From positions 1 to 25,821 of IMG/VR virus record IMGVR_UViG_3300011339_000428: 25,821 nt of DNA; one strand, given 5' to 3'. The notes under the pieces were generated by a model that was given only the letters and a program-made list of their open reading frames with translations, had not been told where the DNA came from and searched no databases. Of this stretch, positions 25,401 through 25,821 are shown piece after piece. Position numbers and translations under genes: made by a program. Source of the DNA: a virus (Duplodnaviria; Caudoviricetes). How positions within the stretch are numbered: the stretch's first letter is position 1; each line of letters opens with the position of its first letter.

Positions 25401-25821
25401 CTAGCGCTCCATAACGCCCCATATAAATCTTTTAAAGCCGCGCCTAGTGGTACGCGACCTTTAGCCGCATCAGAAAGCGTGTCTTTAATACTAGTCTGCA
25501 CCTTCTCTGCAGTTCGCCATGTATCTGGTTTGCTGATTGGCCCACGCACACGTTTCTTGGGTGGGTTTGTAGCAAAGCGTAGCGGCCCTGCTTTCACAAT
25601 ACTAGGACGATGTGGAGACAAGATATCGTTGACCGCCGACATTGCTGCACCAGTTAGGTTCTTAAACCCAAACAAGTTTGCAACAAAACGAGCAAACGAA
25701 TTTAGTACTGACGTGTTCTCACGCTTGTAGGGGATAGCCTTAAGTTTGTTTTGGAAACCTTGGTTGGTCATTATCTCGGCAACAAACTCAGAGATGCTAG
25801 TAAACCCATAGTCTCCCGGAG
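22469..25821 (-). CDS. 3' part of a very large phage protein (>1116 aa), probably an internal virion/ejection polyvalent protein
   Basis: The frame stays open to the window edge (PGDYGFTSISEFVAEIMTNQGFQ..., like the tail of a zincin-type MPTase domain); YFPLRRFG, QFKQY and hydrophobic segments. The CDS is secure, the function is inferred. Confidence 0.8.
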   Translation of the reverse strand, partial: PGDYGFTSISEFVAEIMTNQGFQNKLKAIPYKRENTSVLNSFARFVANLFGFKNLTGAAMSAVNDILSPHRPSIVKAGPLRFATNPPKKRVRGPISKPDTWRTAEKVQTSIKDTLSDAAKGRVPLGAALKDLYGALWSASGTATRAVILPVLQLRQLKDLTRRKLPEITGAVSIVEKMVAYRGQQIKVAENIVQTWGPLQGKYPKQASLMSRIMLEATIRARDPDAGVPAGGVADALDNAFAALRPEFKQLYRETRDFFGNQVNEMVRTMKQRALGLPKAQRQEMIRKINEQFGPSKLVAPYFPLRRFGDHWFQVGKGPNKEFYTFESAISRNLAFNKRRRALQGGNALQKAAADTMRMGDGISDLYSQNIATTQVLRDLEETINSLTATDVAGIKSEIKDSLNQLVYMLLPQQSMRKMFINRRAVQGASSDLLRVFAQTAVRSAYQMARFKYAEPFVNNINNARDHIDNMEAAHAVTPQQGAVYRDYVLELEKRTKVILGVEDKSAIAQAVGSITGTTFFFMLSAPASALLNIVGMAQLTMPYIGGRYGYAKTNVKMLKYMGLYGLSLPERSLAPAARGKFMQVSFPSIVESSILAKMDPIVQRAAKRFVDDGDINISMTNDIFDLSEHPSALYTGYSNTAKKLLAGVFHQAERLNREIALLTVFELAYDNFTKQPKRTIRGVVERDNAGKPVMNTPNEAFELALQEARDIAGLTLGDYTRQTKGRVFAEAPLLNVVAQFKQYAIAATYNVLRNTYLSVGAPFRKAEIEQFRQEMIKDGLTQSVIDQRLDEAEQIRKQAYREGMKRLAGILGMTFLFGGIAAQPFFSMLGQLIKMFAPDDDDEFFDWENWFYNYMENEVGGSAAAIFKKMGMDAEKSEKAGITLGEALARGPVATMTGTSLADRVSLDMANLWWREGRYSPDARQALQQDIIANIGPTVGLGLNWADAWQLAGEGQWGRAFEKTAPAMFAKPATAYRLGTEGATSRGGEVIGGLYPDQFTMWELGMQAIGLQPEKLAQAQKAAIQAKTFEQKILDRRNSLLDRLWMERGKPSYADALQKSNEFSLKYPEVAIDGDAISNSFDARAEAKAQAEAVGAKLNEKMLGRTAPMLRYGMQ

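Noticed and set aside
25038-25730. 230-aa plus-strand ORF
   Set aside because: Antisense shadow of the large minus-strand gene; TTG start, Ser/Ala/Arg-rich

Overview
The window is a gene-dense segment of a tailed dsDNA bacteriophage genome. No cellular housekeeping genes, integrase, tRNA or CRISPR array were seen. Layout: (i) 1-905, two leftward early genes, each preceded by a duplicated regulatory module. (ii) ~1060-1490, an AT-rich non-coding region with inverted 8-bp repeat arrays and two consensus IHF sites, probably the replication origin. (iii) 1521-9117, a rightward early operon from a perfect sigma70 promoter, holding many small ORFs plus a MoxR-type AAA+ ATPase, an HEXXH-metallopeptidase/vWA protein, a ribbon-helix-helix-like protein and a DUF3150-like protein. 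(iv) 9197-22468, a DNA metabolism/replication region: VRR-NUC, small cassette genes, an RNA polymerase alpha-CTD-like protein, DUF3310, family A DNA polymerase, Cas4-like PD-(D/E)XK nuclease, HNH, SNF2 helicase, probable SSB, Cro-like HTH and a primase/DUF927 helicase. (v) 22469->25821, the 3' part of a very large convergent protein, probably a virion/ejection 'polyvalent' protein. The main unexplained signal is a 27-bp dyad, GACAAACTGAC-N5-GTCAGTTTGTC, found in seven copies confined to the first 9.2 kb, one of them inside a coding linker. All family assignments come from motif recognition by eye, not from database searches.
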